Part shown: piece after piece, positions 32,339 through 40,938 of the stretch
Numbering within the stretch: the stretch's first letter is position 1
How the letters are laid out: each line of letters starts with the position of its first letter
Assembly: GCA_963739945.1 (NCBI GenBank)
Contig: CAVUCN010000017.1
Coordinates: 81,689 to 145,688 of the forward strand
From: an uncultured Alphaproteobacteria bacterium
GTDB taxonomy: Bacteria; Pseudomonadota; Alphaproteobacteria; Rhizobiales; Xanthobacteraceae
Reading direction: 5' to 3'
Length of the DNA stretch: 64,000 nucleotides
Notes under the pieces: generated by a model
What the model saw: only the letters and a program-made list of their open reading frames with translations
Told to the model about the DNA's origin: nothing
Database searches by the model: none
Made by a program: the position numbers and the translations under genes

Positions 32339-32799
32339 TGCCGCACTCGGCCATCATCATCAGCGATCCGGCGGCGACAGATGAGACGGCGTGGCGGAGC
32401 CTGTGGTCGCAGTACAACGCCTTTTATGAAGTCGACATTCCGGAGACCGTAACGGCCCAAACATGGCAGCGGATTCTCGATCCGGCGTCGGCAATGTTCG
32501 GCCGGCTCGCGGCGGCAGACGGTGAAGTCGCAGGCTTCAGCGTCAGCTTACTGCATAACAGCACATGGACGATCGCACCTATCTGCTATCTTGAAGACCT
32601 ATTCGTCGCGCCAAAATTTCGCGGTCGCGGGATCGGACGGTTGCTGATTGCGGATTTGGTGGATGCTGCCCGCTCGAAAGGCTGGTCGCGGCTCTATTGG
32701 CACACCCGCGCGAACAACCCGGCGCGGCGGCTTTACGACGAGTTTGCCAGGGCCGATGATTTTGTCCGCTATCGGTTGGTATTGCCCGAGAACACGTAG
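32338..32799 (+). CDS. GNAT family N-acetyltransferase
   Basis: ...ICYLEDLFVAPKFRGRGIGRLLIADLVDAARSKGWSRLYWHTRANNPARRLYDEF (acetyl-CoA-binding R/Q-x-x-G-x-G/A motif). The ATG overlaps the upstream TGA (TGATG). Confidence 0.8.
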   Translation: MPHSAIIISDPAATDETAWRSLWSQYNAFYEVDIPETVTAQTWQRILDPASAMFGRLAAADGEVAGFSVSLLHNSTWTIAPICYLEDLFVAPKFRGRGIGRLLIADLVDAARSKGWSRLYWHTRANNPARRLYDEFARADDFVRYRLVLPENT

Positions 32800-32894
32800 A
32801 CGCGCCTGGCCGAGCCATTGCCGCAGTATAACGGGCATGAGATCAAGCAAGGATTTATTGAGGCGTTGAATTTTACCTGACACAGCGACTCAGC

Positions 32895-33377
32895 CTAAGC
32901 AGCCGGCTTGACCGCCGACTTCGCCGCGACCTTCACCGCTTCGATGATCTCCGGATAGGCGGCGCAGCGGCAGAGATTGCCGGCGAGATAGTGCTTGATG
33001 TCTTCGTCGGACGGGTTGGTATTTTCCTTCAGGAGCTGGTGCACCATCAGCACGAAACCCGGCGTGCAGAAGCCGCACTGGAACGCGCCGCAATCGATGA
33101 ACGCCTGCTGCACGATCGAAAGCGCGCCTTCGGCATCGAGCGACTCGACCGTGGTGACGGTCTTGCCGTCGACCCACGGCGCAAAATAGAGACAGCCCGA
33201 CACGGCCTTGTCGTCAACCAGCACCGTGCAGCAGCCGCACAGGCCTTGCCCGCAGCTTTCGCGCGCGCCGAACAGGTCGAACCGCTGCAACAGTTCGACA
33301 AGGTTGCGGTGCGGCTCGATCTCGGTCGAGACTTCCTGGCCGTTAAGCGTGAAGTTGATGGTACGCGTGCTCATCAT
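32895..33377 (-). CDS. (2Fe-2S)-binding small subunit of a molybdenum hydroxylase (CoxS/XdhC-iron-sulfur type)
   Basis: MMSTRTINFTLNGQEVSTEIEPHRNLVELLQ...ESCGQGLCGCCTVLVDDKAVSGC...QCGFCTPGFVLM...NLCRCAAYPEI. Both [2Fe-2S] Cys clusters are present. Confidence 0.92.
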   Translation of the reverse strand: MMSTRTINFTLNGQEVSTEIEPHRNLVELLQRFDLFGARESCGQGLCGCCTVLVDDKAVSGCLYFAPWVDGKTVTTVESLDAEGALSIVQQAFIDCGAFQCGFCTPGFVLMVHQLLKENTNPSDEDIKHYLAGNLCRCAAYPEIIEAVKVAAKSAVKPAA

Positions 33378-35645
33378 TCGTCCTCGAGTGGGCGGCCCTG
33401 CTGGGCGCGCAGCGCGCGCAGCACCGCTTCGGCAGTGATCGGCAGTTCGGTGAGGCGGACGCCGACGGCGTCGTGAATGGCATTGGCGATGGCCGGCGAC
33501 ACGCCAAACGTGCCGGACTCGCCAAGCCCCTTGGCTCCGAACGGCCCGCTGTGCTGTTCAGCCTCAACCAGTTCATTGGTCATCGGCGGAATGTCGGCGA
33601 TGCCGGGAATGCGGTAGTCGGCGAGCGACGCGTTGGTGACCTGGCCGCCGTCGAGCTTCATTTCTTCCGACAGCGTGAAGCCAAGCTGCATGATGGCGGC
33701 GCCGGACAACTGCGTGCGCGCCACGCCGGGGTTGATCGGCTTGCCGCAATCGGCGGCATTGACCAGTTTGGTCACGTGGATCTTTCCGGTTTCGGTATCG
33801 ACTTCGAGCTCGACACCGGCGCCACCGATCATCCAGAACGGCGTGACGTTGTCGGACAGCCCGGTCTTTGCATCGGGGGACTTGTAAGTCGGCACGTAAG
33901 TCGCGGTGCCGATCACGTTGCCGGCCTGCATGCCGTAGCGCTTCTTGAAGATTTCCGCCGCCGGATAATTGGTGCCCTCCGGCAGGCCCGCTTCGGCGGC
34001 CAGCGCGCGCAATTTGTTGCGCGCGTCTTCGGCAGCAAGCCGCACCGCGTTGCCCATGTGAAACAGCGAGCGCGAACCGAGCGTGCCCATGTCGTAGGGC
34101 GTCACGTCGGTGTCGGGATGAACGATGCGGACGTCTTCAGCGCTTATGTCCAGTACTTTCGCAACCATCAGCGCATACGCTGTATCGGAGCCCTGCCCCA
34201 TATCGACCGTCGAGGTGTAAAGCGTCGTCGATCCGTCGCCTGCGATATTGACGATCGCGACCGACGTGGTCGGCGAGATCGACGCTTTGAAACCGATGGC
34301 AATCCCGCGGCCGCGGCGCACCGGGCCGTTGCCACCGCGATCGAACGGTGCGCTCCAGTTCATTTCCTTCACGACCGCTTCCAGGACCTCGGCAATCGCG
34401 GCATCCTTCATGGCAGTGCCAGTGGCCTGCTCGCGGCCCTCGCGCAGGATGTTCTTGCGGCGGAATTCGACCGGATCCATGCCGATTTCGCGTGCCAGCA
34501 GATCGGTGTGGCTCTCGTAGGCCCAGACCATTTGCGGGATACCGAAGCCGCGCAACGCGCCGGCCGGCGTGCGATTGGTGTAGAGCGAGTAGGAATCGAT
34601 GTTGATGTTGTCGATGTCGTAAGGGCCCGGCGCAGTGAAGCCAGATTTTTGCGTGACGCGCGGACCGATGTCGGCATAGGCGCCGCCGTTCCACAGCACA
34701 TGGCAGGTGCGCGCCACTACCTTGCCATCCTTGTTGACTCCGCTCTTGATGCGGAATGTCGTCGGATGCTTGGTGATGACGTAGAACTGCTCTTCCATGG
34801 TCAGCGCGATCTTGACCGGCCGGCGCACCAGCATCGCCAGCGCCGCAGCCAGCGCCTCGACCTTGACGTAGACCTTGGCGCCGAAACCACCGCCGAGATG
34901 CGGTACCTTCACCCGCACCTTGTTCTCCGGCCAGCCGAACAATCGCGCGATCTCGGTGCGCACAAATGACGGCGTCTGGTTGGAGGTATGGATCGTCAGC
35001 ACGCCGTCGCCGGGTTCGGCGACGGCAACAAATGGCTCGAACGGCAGATGCAGGCACTGCTGCGTCTTGAAGGTGTGCTCGACAACCTTGTCGGCCTTGG
35101 CGAAGCCCGCTTCCGGGTCGCCACGCTTGAGATGATAGTCGAGCGCGATGTTGGTGTTGGTGCGACCCTTGAGATGCTTGAGATCGGCGAAGGTGCCGGC
35201 GGGTTTGAGCATCTCATGCACGACAATGTCGGACTTCATTGCCGCGACTTCGTCGTACACCGCCGGCAGCTCCTCGATACTCTGCGGTAATCAATTGCAC
35301 CGCCTGATCGGCGACATGCGGATCGCGCGCCAGCACGGCGGCGACCGGTTCGCCGACATGGCACACCTTGTCGATGGCGAGGATCGGCTGATCATGAAAC
35401 GCCGGACCGTAATACGGCTCCGGGATCAGTTTCTTGATGTCCGCACCGGTGACGACCCGATAAACGCCGGGCAGTGCGCGCGCCGCTTCGACATCAATGC
35501 TGAGAAGCCGGCCGTGAGGTACGGTCGAGCGGAACACCTTGGCATACAGCATGCCCGGCAGTTGCAGGTGATGCGTATAGTTGGCGCGCCCGGTGACCTT
35601 GGCGCGAACTTCCAGACGCGGAATCGACTGGCCGACCTGGTTCAT
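33374..35645 (-). pseudogene. Molybdopterin-binding large subunit of a xanthine dehydrogenase/aldehyde oxidase-family hydroxylase (CoxL-like, not a true CODH); frame broken near 35276
   Basis: N-terminal frame: MNQVGQSIPRLEVRAKVTGRANYTHHLQLPGMLYAKVFRSTVPHGRLLSIDVEAARALPGV...AVQLITAEY. The next frame continues EELPAVYDEVAAMKSD...HLGGGFGAKVYV...AGALRGFGIPQ...GLGESGTFGVSPAIANAI. No CODH-type AYxCSFR loop was seen. Confidence 0.9.
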
Positions 35646-36503
35646 TAAGCGCCTTCGATCGCCTGACGCACGGCGCGGCGCATATAGACGCGCAGCAGCT
35701 CGCGCTTGTAGGGAGCGGAGCCGTGCGCGTCGGACAGGATCGTTGCCTCGTCGACGGCGGCATCGCCGGCGCGATTGAGCACGGCATCGTCCGGCGCCGC
35801 GCCCTGCAGCACTTTTTCCGCCGACGCCATGCGCGTCACCTTCTCGGTCGCGGCGCTGATGACGACACGCGGATCCTTGATCGCGCCGCCTTCGAGCGCG
35901 AACGATACCGCAACGCCAAGCGCCGGCCAGTCGTCCGCGGTGCGCGACGTCACTTTCATGTACGCCGCCTTGCGGCCGTTGAGCGCCGGCACTGTCACCG
36001 ACGTGATCAGTTCATCTTTTTCCAGCACGGTCTCGTAGTAGCCGGCGTAAAGGTCTTCGAGCGCCAGCTCGCGATCGCCTTTCGGGCCGCTGATCGCGAC
36101 CTTGGCGCCGAGCATCGCCAGCACCGGCGGCAAATCCATGTGCGGATCGCCGTGGGCCAGCGCACCGCCGACGCGGGCGACATTGCGCACGCGCGGGTTC
36201 GACAGCGTCTTCATCGCCTTTTTCAGCACCGGCAGCCGCTGCGCGACGTTGGCATCGTGTTCGAGATCGCTCAGCGTCGCCATGGCGCCGATCTTCAGCG
36301 CGCCATTGGCGACAGTAATGCGCGAGTGCTCAGGCTCGATCTTGTGCAGGCAGACCAGAAGGCTCGGCTGAAATACACCCGGCCTTCATCATCAGCATCA
36401 GCGCGGTACCACCGGCGACCGCACGAATTGTCGGCTCGTCGGGATTGAGCAGCGACATCGCTTCCTTCAGCGAGGTCGGTTCCACCATATCGAACGGAAT
36501 CAT
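35645..36503 (-). pseudogene. FAD-binding medium subunit of the molybdenum hydroxylase (CoxM-like); frame broken near 36377
   Basis: From ATG 36503: MIPFDMVEPTSLKEAMSLLNPDEPTIRAVAGGTALMLMMKAG. After one extra base it continues VFQPSLLVCLHKIEPEHSRITVANGALKIGAMATLSDLEHDANVAQRLPVLKKAM...GSAPYKRELLRVYMRRAVRQAIEGA. The stop overlaps the CoxL-like start (TAATG). Confidence 0.88.
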
Positions 36504-36513
36504 TCGGGACTTC

Positions 36514-37464
36514 CTACCCTTTTCTCGTCATGGCCGGGCTCGTCCCGGCATCCGGTGTCGTGAGCAAGGCGAAATGTGGATGCCCGGCACAAGGCCGGGC
36601 ATGACGGCTAATTGCTTCATGGCTCAGAACGTGTTCGGCAATTTCGGCGCGGGTGCCGACCCAGATATCCGGCGCCGCCATCGCTTCCTCGATGATCTTT
36701 TCGTAAAAATGCGCGCCGCGATGATGGCCGAAGATGTGGGCGTGGCTGGTCACGTCGATGATGCGAAGCTCGTCGTCGCGGACGCGGGCGATGCCGATCA
36801 CCTCGTTGAACGATTCCAGCATCATCCGCGGCGGATGGCCGTATTTCATCGACGGCATATCGTTGACGTCGTAGGACAGCGGAATGGCAACGATCTTCTT
36901 GTTGCCGTGGTTCATCACGTAAGGCAGGTCGGTGTCGAACACGTCGCCGTACCAGCGATAGCCGGCATCGGCGAGCAGCTTCGGCGTCGTCAGCTTCGAG
37001 GTGCCGCGCGGCGACAGCCAGCCGACGATCTTCTTGCCGGAGGTCTTCTCCAGCAGCGACGTGCAGCGCTCGATGTTCTTGCGCTCGTCTTCGTCGGACA
37101 GCAGCGCCGGAATCACGTCCATGGCATAGGAGTGCGACAGCACTTCATGGCCGCGGTCGGCGATCGCCTTGACGGTGTCCGGCGCGCGTTCGGCGATGAC
37201 GGCATTGGTCATCACGCTGGCCTTGGCGCCGTGCCGGTCGAACGCATCCATCAGCCGATGAATGCCGACCTCGACGCCGTAGGCGGCCCAGGAGATCGCC
37301 ATGGTGTCGAGCACGCCGGCCGGCAGCGGATTGCCCATCGGGCTGATGCCGGGGGCTTTGCCGTCAGACCAGGCTTCGAGACAGACATTGAAAATAACGG
37401 CGATGCGTTTGCCGTTCGGCCACGTCCACTCCGGCCTACTCCAGGTGGGCGGCTTCTTCTTCAT
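36514..37464 (-). CDS. Polysaccharide deacetylase (CE4) family protein, PuuE-like; the C-terminal tail is encoded by a REP element
   Basis: MKKKPPTWSRPEWTWPNGKRIAVIFNVCLEAWSDGKAP...GHEVLSHSYAM...IDVTSHAHIFGHHRGAHFYEKII... It is the first gene of the deacetylase-coxM-coxL-coxS string. Confidence 0.75.
   Translation of the reverse strand: MKKKPPTWSRPEWTWPNGKRIAVIFNVCLEAWSDGKAPGISPMGNPLPAGVLDTMAISWAAYGVEVGIHRLMDAFDRHGAKASVMTNAVIAERAPDTVKAIADRGHEVLSHSYAMDVIPALLSDEDERKNIERCTSLLEKTSGKKIVGWLSPRGTSKLTTPKLLADAGYRWYGDVFDTDLPYVMNHGNKKIVAIPLSYDVNDMPSMKYGHPPRMMLESFNEVIGIARVRDDELRIIDVTSHAHIFGHHRGAHFYEKIIEEAMAAPDIWVGTRAEIAEHVLSHEAISRHARPCAGHPHFALLTTPDAGTSPAMTRKG
36527..36605. repeat. REP-like composite palindrome, family B (gtcatggccgggctcgtcccggc... 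/ ...tggatgcccggcacaaggccgggcatgac)
   Basis: A near-copy of the element at 54049-54136. Each half is itself a hairpin. It lies inside the last ~30 codons of the deacetylase ORF, whose tail reads RHARPCAGHPHFALLTTPDAGTSPAMTRKG. Confidence 0.75.
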
Positions 37465-37584
37465 TCACGTCCCCGGCAGGCGCATATCGCCCGCTTGAAT
37501 TCATTATAAATCACACGAAGGTTCGCCGCGTCGAGATGGGGACGCGGCCAAAACGCGCAACCCTGCCTAGCGTGATCTGGACCA

Positions 37585-39113
37585 CTAGCTCTGGCGAGGA
37601 GCCATGAAGCGGGCGCCGAGGACGACGAGGGACGGCAAGGATCGCCGGAGCGATGGCCAGTATTAGGCTCGCCGAGGCGACAGCCGCGGTCGCCGCCCAG
37701 CCGATCGACGAAAACGCCTCGGCAAAGGTCGCCACGCGCGAGGAGACCTGACGGCGGCGGAACTGGCTGCGCTTGGCCTGGCTGCGAAACCAGAGCTGGA
37801 TCGAGGTCGCCGCCGTGGTGGCGATGATGATGCCGGCCGCTGCGATCAGCGCATGCCAGGGCGACATCAAGGCGAGCGCGGCAACCAGCGGCGCAAAGAC
37901 AATGCCGATGACGCCGAGCACCGCTTCGACCTTGGCCCGCAGGATAAAGCGCGACGGCACCGGAGCGGTCGCAACCAGGTCGGGCGCGTCTTCACCGGAA
38001 ATGGCCAGCCAGGCGAGCCCGCCAGCCAATTGTCCTGACGCCATGACCAGAACCGGCACCAGCAAAGCGTAGGCGCCGTTGCCGTCGTCGAAGCTGTGCC
38101 ACAGCAGCACCGCCGGCGGGATCAGATAGAGCATCTGCATCAGCGTCTGCGACACCAGCCAGGGATCGCGCCGCAGCAGCAGCCACTCCTTGCGCCGCAA
38201 CGCGCTCTGCGGCGAGGCCGGTTTGAATGCGGTCTGCCGCCGTGCGGCGGCGTGGCTGAAATTACCGGCGCCGGCGGCGACCAGCGCATATTCACCGAAG
38301 CGCGGCGCAACCAGCACGATGGCGATGCCAAGCAGCGCAAGGCTCAAAGCCAGCACACCAACGAGAGGAATGACTGTCGCCGAGCGCGGCACGCGCCGGC
38401 CACCACACGATGCTGTCAAGATCGGGCGCGTGCGCCAGCACTGCTTGTGACTGCAGCACCGAAACGCGCGAGATCGTGCCGTAGGACAGGATCGCCGCGA
38501 CCTGCAGGCCGATGACGAACGCCGCACCGATCACCGCGGCAACGATTTGCGCGATCAACCGCGTGCGCTTCGGGCCAATGAGGCGGAATAGCGTAACAGT
38601 CAGCCCGACCGCCAGCGCGGTTGCCGTCGCGCCCATCGCCACGATCAGGCCGTAAGCGCCGAGCCAATGCCAGCCACCCTGCGCGACCAGGATATTGATG
38701 AATGGCGCGGCGAGCGGAACGGCCATCGCCGCCATCGCAATGGCGATAGTGGCGATGCGGATCGCAAACAATTTGTTGGCGGCGACCGGCGACGCCAGGA
38801 TGAGATCGAGATCGGAGCGCGAATAGAACGCCCGCGTCATCGACTCCATGGCCTGCGACACCATCAGCAGCCACGACAGCAAAACGCTTCCACTGATCGT
38901 CACCAGCATGGATTTGTCGACTGCGGCGTCGGCGTAGGGGCCGACCATCCAGTAGGCGACGAAGTGCATGAACACCGCGAAGACGAGGATCGCGATCACG
39001 ACGCGGCGCAAGCGTTCGCGCCGCCCGGCGGTGATCATCGACAGCCAGTCGCGCCAGGCAAGCCGCGACTCGTGCCGGGCAAACCAGACTGTCGTTCCCG
39101 GCGCTGCCGTCAT
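37585..39113 (-). pseudogene. Large polytopic ABC exporter permease; frame broken near 38375 and probably again near 37629
   Basis: ORF 38292..39113 (MTAAPGTTVWFARHESRLAWRDWLSM...DSIVWWPARAALGD) joins ORF 37511..38527 from VIPLVGVLALSLALLGIAIVLVAP...IQLWFRSQAKRSQFRRRQVSS... The Arg/Pro-rich tail of the track ORF is replaced, after removing one C, by LVVLGARFMAPRQS with a stop at 37585. The ATG overlaps the ATPase stop (ATGA). Confidence 0.65.
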
Positions 39114-39908
39114 GCCGCTTGCGCCTGCTCGGCGACCAGAGCGAGAAACGTATCTTCAAGCGTCGCGCTGGCGGCGGCATTGCTTCCGGCTTGGGCGCCG
39201 GCGGCGATCCGCAGTTCGTCGAGCGTGCCTTCGGCGATCAGCCGGCCATGCGCGATGACACCGATGCGATCGGCCATACGCTCGGCGACTTCAAGGATGT
39301 GCGTCGTCATCACGATGGTGCCGCCGGCGTTGACGCGCTCGCGCAGCACGCTTTTGACCTGACGCGCGGAACCGGCGTCGAGGCCGGTGAGCGGTTCGTC
39401 GAGAATGATGACGCGCGGCTCGTGCACCAGCGCACCGGCCAGCGCCACTTTCTGCCGCATGCCCTTGGAAAAACCTTCGCAGCGCTCGTTGGCGTGCGCG
39501 GTCAGATCGAGCCACGACAGCAGATCCTGCGCACGCGCCTCGGCGAGGTCAGGCGCAATGCCCCACAGGCCGGCGACGAATTCCAGATATTCCCGCGGCG
39601 TCAGCTTGTCGTAGATCATCGGCTCGTCGGAGATCCACGCCATGATCTGCTTGGCCGCAACCGGATCGGCCAGCGCATCGATGCCGCTGACGCGCGATCG
39701 AACCGGCATCCGGCCACAGCAGGCCGGCGACCATGCGCAACGTCGTCGTCTTGCCGGCGCCGTTCGGGCCGAGCAGCGCGTAGAACTCGCCTTCGCGGAC
39801 TTTCAGGTCGAGGCCGTCGACGGCGGGCCGGTCGAAAGCTTTGCAAAGGCCGCTGATTTCGAGAGCGAATTTTGGCGATGACATCGCGTACTGCATGCGC
39901 TGGGACAT
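39110..39908 (-). pseudogene. ABC transporter ATP-binding protein; frame broken near 39695
   Basis: [71 protein letters not shown] (Walker A). The next frame continues [25 protein letters not shown]...FSKGMRQKVALAGALVHEPRVIILDEPLTGLD (signature and Walker B). GAGGAA RBS before ATG 39908. Confidence 0.88.
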
Positions 39909-39981
39909 AGGGTTTCCTCGCACGCTAATCGAGAGAGGTTTCGGTCTCGTGAATCGAAGCTCGCGATTTTACGACGTCAAG

Positions 39982-40923
39982 TCAAAGAGTTATGCGATCG
40001 ATCTCGGCAACATCGGCCTCCGTGAGCGCCCAGCCGGCAGCGGCAATATTCTGCTCGATTTGTTCCGGCCGGGTGGCGCCGGCAATCACGCTCGGGATGT
40101 AGGGCCGGCTGACCAGCCAGCTGAACGCCAGTTCGAGCAGCGTGTGGCCGCGCTTGGCGGCGAAATCCGACAGCGCGTGGACGAGACGCCAGTTGCGCGC
40201 GTTCATGAAAGCGTCGTTGCCGCGCGGCGTTGAGCCGGCAAATCGCGTGCCCGGCGGCGGCGCTGCGTCCTGCTTGTATTTGCCGGTGAGCAAACCGCTC
40301 GCCAGCGGAAAATACGGCAGCAGGCCGAGGCCGTGCTCGCGCATGACCGGCAGGCGATCTTTTTCGAGACCGCGTTCCAGCAGATTGTATTGATCCTGGC
40401 AGGTGACGAAGGTGGCAATGTGCTCTTGCTGCGAAACGCCGAGTGCTTTCTGCAACTGAGCTGCGGAAAAATTCGAACAGCCGATGAAGCGCACCTTTCC
40501 GGCTTTGACCAGATCGTCGAGCGCGCGCAGCGTTTCCTCGATCGGCGTTTTCGAATCCGGAAAGTGCACCTGGTAGAGATCGATCCAGTCGGTGTTCAGT
40601 CTTCGCAAACTTGCTTCGACCGCCTGCACCGCGTAGCGGCGCGACGCGCCGCGCAATTCACCGCTGTTATCCATCGGCAAGCCGAACTTGGTGGCAAGCA
40701 CGACGTCCTTGCGGCGCGCGCCGAGCGCCTTGCCGAGGATTTCTTCCGAGCCGCCGCGGTTGCCGTAATTGTCCGACGTATCGATCAGCGTGATGCCGCA
40801 GTCGAGCGCTGTGGCGATGACTCGCGCCGATGTCGCGGCATCGGTGCGGCCGCCGAAATTATTGGCGCCGAGACCGACGATGGAAACGTCCGGACCGAAA
40901 GCGCCAAGCTTCCGCTTCTGCAT
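39982..40923 (-). CDS. Aldo/keto reductase
   Basis: MQKRKLGAFGPDVSIVGLGANNFGGRTD...LIDTSDNYGNRGGSEEILGKAL...VLATKFG...WIDLYQVHFPD...VRFIGCSNFS... Confidence 0.9.
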   Translation of the reverse strand: MQKRKLGAFGPDVSIVGLGANNFGGRTDAATSARVIATALDCGITLIDTSDNYGNRGGSEEILGKALGARRKDVVLATKFGLPMDNSGELRGASRRYAVQAVEASLRRLNTDWIDLYQVHFPDSKTPIEETLRALDDLVKAGKVRFIGCSNFSAAQLQKALGVSQQEHIATFVTCQDQYNLLERGLEKDRLPVMREHGLGLLPYFPLASGLLTGKYKQDAAPPPGTRFAGSTPRGNDAFMNARNWRLVHALSDFAAKRGHTLLELAFSWLVSRPYIPSVIAGATRPEQIEQNIAAAGWALTEADVAEIDRITL

Positions 40924-40938
40924 CGGTTTAACCGGCGC

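Noticed and set aside
37502-37507. A perfect TATAAT (minus strand) 38 nt upstream of the deacetylase-coxMLS operon start
   Set aside because: No acceptable -35 hexamer lies at 16-18 nt, and the region may still be inside the (uncertain) 3' end of the ABC permease ORF. This is not enough to call a promoter.
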